From Halalkalibacterium halodurans (GTDB lineage Bacteria; Bacillota; Bacilli; Bacillales; Bacillaceae_D): a stretch of DNA of 7,983 nt. The stretch covers positions 1 to 7,983 of the forward strand of contig NZ_SNUY01000104.1 of NCBI RefSeq assembly GCF_004376175.1, given 5' to 3'. Below the pieces are notes generated by a model. The model was not told where the DNA came from. It saw only the letters and a program-made list of their open reading frames with translations, and did not search any database. Positions 6,654 through 7,983 of this stretch are shown one piece after another (within the stretch, counting starts at the first letter, position 1; each line of letters begins with the position of its first letter). The translations under genes and the position numbers were made by a program.

Positions 6654-7856
6654 TTAAGCGGCTTTCTTCCCTTTATTTTCCTTTGCCATCGCTAGCGCTG
6701 AAACAAGTAATACAATAGCGTTCAGGTAAATATGGGTCTTTACTTTTTCAATTCCCCATACATGTAGGGAGTTCGCCGTAAGGTAGCTTTTCATTCTTGA
6801 ATTACAGCGTTCTACACTTGTCCTCTCGTTGTAAAGCTCTTTCCAACGTTTTGTATCACGGTGCGGATTGGAATATCGGCGCACATCCTTTTTGATGTCG
6901 ACTTTTACCACCATTCCATAGTTGGAAGATGAACAGGCTGCCATTCCTAATGGGCAATCCACTTTGCCGGTTGCGTGAGGACATCTGAACTTGAGCTGGT
7001 CCTTATCAGCTCCCCAATAAGTCATTTCATAACCCATGGAACAACGCGGAGTTCCATTGGAAGAAATCCCTTCAGGAGGCTCTTTTTCGTTGCGCAAATT
7101 GAGCGGGATAATGGCTTGCGCTCCAATGTTTTTGGCTGATTCATAGTTTTTTAGTTGGTCATATCCGCCATCCATGATCAGAAATTCAATTTTGGATTTG
7201 GTACGCTCTGCCACTTGCTCTATTAATTCTGGTGCGACTTCTCCATCGTTCACATGGGCAGGGGTTACTTTTATGGCCATTGGCAGTTCGCTTGCGGTAT
7301 CGACTGAAAGATGCATCTTATAGCCAAACCAGGTAATTTTATTGCCGAAGGAATCATATTTTGCGCCCCAATTGGCATTACCCGTTTGTTCACTACGCTT
7401 TTTGGGCTGTTTCTTTTCATAGGCATCAATGGCGGCACTGTCGATGGCCTGGTGGCTGCCGTCAATTATTCCTTCCTCCTGAGCTAACTGTACCAAGTCA
7501 AGGAAGATCTTTTCAGCCAGCTTTTTTTTGGTAAGTGCCGCAAAAACCCGGCTGAGAGTGGAGATAGACGGTGCGGGGCGATCAATCGATAAACCGCATT
7601 GATAACGGAAACGAAGGTCTTTATCCAATCGATGATGAAGGGCGGTAAAGGTGTCGATGCCTTCGAGTGGGGCAGCGATGAGAGCCCTTAGAATCCCTTC
7701 TCTGGAATGACCGTCAGCCCCTCGGGGTGAAGAACTTCTCAACTGTTTAGCATAAGGGCGTAAATCAAGCGAGCTAAAAAAGATAGGTAATTTCTCTTTT
7801 GACTCTAATTTTTGCAGTTCTTCAAAGGAAAATAGGCTTTCTTGTAGAATATACAA
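6654..7856 (-). CDS. DDE transposase, IS5/IS1182-like (IS4 superfamily), 400 aa, TTG start
   Basis: The N-terminal region resembles the InsH/DUF772 domain (REGILRALIAAPLEGIDTFTALHHRLDKDLRFRYQCGL...STLSRV). Candidate DDE residues are D139 (AIDSAAI), D229 (LIMDGGYD, nt 7170-7172) and E349 (YNERTSVERCNSRMK, nt 6810-6812). The typical GYKMHLSVD...VTPAHVND block lies between the first two aspartates. The start codon is TTG (plus-strand CAA, 7854-7856), with GGAGG (7865-7869 on the complement) 8 nt upstream. Confidence 0.88.
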   Translation of the reverse strand: MYILQESLFSFEELQKLESKEKLPIFFSSLDLRPYAKQLRSSSPRGADGHSREGILRALIAAPLEGIDTFTALHHRLDKDLRFRYQCGLSIDRPAPSISTLSRVFAALTKKKLAEKIFLDLVQLAQEEGIIDGSHQAIDSAAIDAYEKKQPKKRSEQTGNANWGAKYDSFGNKITWFGYKMHLSVDTASELPMAIKVTPAHVNDGEVAPELIEQVAERTKSKIEFLIMDGGYDQLKNYESAKNIGAQAIIPLNLRNEKEPPEGISSNGTPRCSMGYEMTYWGADKDQLKFRCPHATGKVDCPLGMAACSSSNYGMVVKVDIKKDVRRYSNPHRDTKRWKELYNERTSVERCNSRMKSYLTANSLHVWGIEKVKTHIYLNAIVLLVSALAMAKENKGKKAA

Positions 7857-7966
7857 AGTGACTTCCTCCTTTTGAATTTTTGTGGTTTCGTCACTTCAAA
7901 AATTCTACATTTTAGGGGTGAAGTCCTTTTTTATGTCTTTGAAATCCTTATGGCTCTTGGGTCAAA

Positions 7967-7983
7967 AAATATGCAAAATGCTC
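7967..7983. repeat. Right terminal inverted repeat of the IS (IRR), truncated or ended by the window boundary
   Basis: This is the reverse complement of 6511-6527 at 15/17 positions. Confidence 0.6.

Larger units (their letters stand above)
6511..7983 (-). mobile_element. Insertion sequence of at least 1473 bp, with a single DDE transposase ORF and 17-bp imperfect terminal inverted repeats
   Basis: GAGCATTTTGCAAAATT (6511-6527) matches the reverse complement of 7967-7983 (GAGCATTTTGCATATTT) at 15/17 positions, and the outer 12 bp are identical. The repeats bracket the transposase ORF with 143-nt and 127-nt non-coding ends. The right repeat ends at the window edge, so the true terminus and any target-site duplication cannot be seen. 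Confidence 0.6.

Noticed and set aside
6630-7906. An alternative IS boundary based on the 9-nt inverted match AGAATTTTT (6631-6639 versus the complement of 7898-7906).
   Set aside because: The flanking bases show no further similarity, and the right-hand copy lies between the 7967-7983 terminal repeat and the transposase RBS, in the leader rather than at the element's end. The 15/17 repeat at 6511-6527/7967-7983 is far more significant. I kept the octamers as possible subterminal sites only.
1-7983. A search for a novel multi-gene system (defence, toxin-antitoxin, CRISPR, retron, phage or biosynthetic modules), tandem arrays or structured RNA genes.
   Set aside because: Every ORF of meaningful length is accounted for by a recognisable family (LctP, LutA, LutB, LutC, GntR, TetR, DDE transposase). 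No repeat-spacer arrays, tRNA/rRNA-like segments or unexplained long non-coding stretches are present. Claiming a new system here would not be supported by the sequence.

Overview
This looks like a Bacillaceae-type chromosomal segment, judged by GGAGG-type ribosome-binding sites, sigma-A-like promoters and a Rho-independent terminator. It has two parts. (1) Positions 1-5702 hold a compact, single-strand L-lactate utilization locus: lactate permease (lutP/lctP), lutA, lutB, lutC, then a GntR/FadR-family regulator (lutR-like). Upstream is a good sigma-A promoter with a near-consensus cre box and a perfect 6-1-6 palindrome in the leader. A strong intrinsic terminator closes the locus. This part is ordinary, well-understood metabolism. 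(2) Positions 5703-7983 are a small decaying accessory junction. It starts with an AT-rich spacer and a TetR-family regulator gene that has its own promoter and a striking double-palindrome operator. The TetR reading frame is broken by a -1 frameshift at a homopolymer. Its last codons lie inside the left terminal inverted repeat of an approximately 1.47-kb insertion sequence. That IS carries a 400-aa DDE transposase (IS5/IS1182-like, minus strand) and runs to the last base of the window. I see no rRNA, tRNA, CRISPR array, toxin-antitoxin pair or recognisable defence or secondary-metabolite system. I do not find convincing evidence for a previously undescribed biological system. The points most worth a second look are regulatory (lut leader, TetR double operator) and structural (IS insertion into an orphan, frameshifted TetR gene). 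All protein-family calls rest on motif recognition by eye, not database searches.
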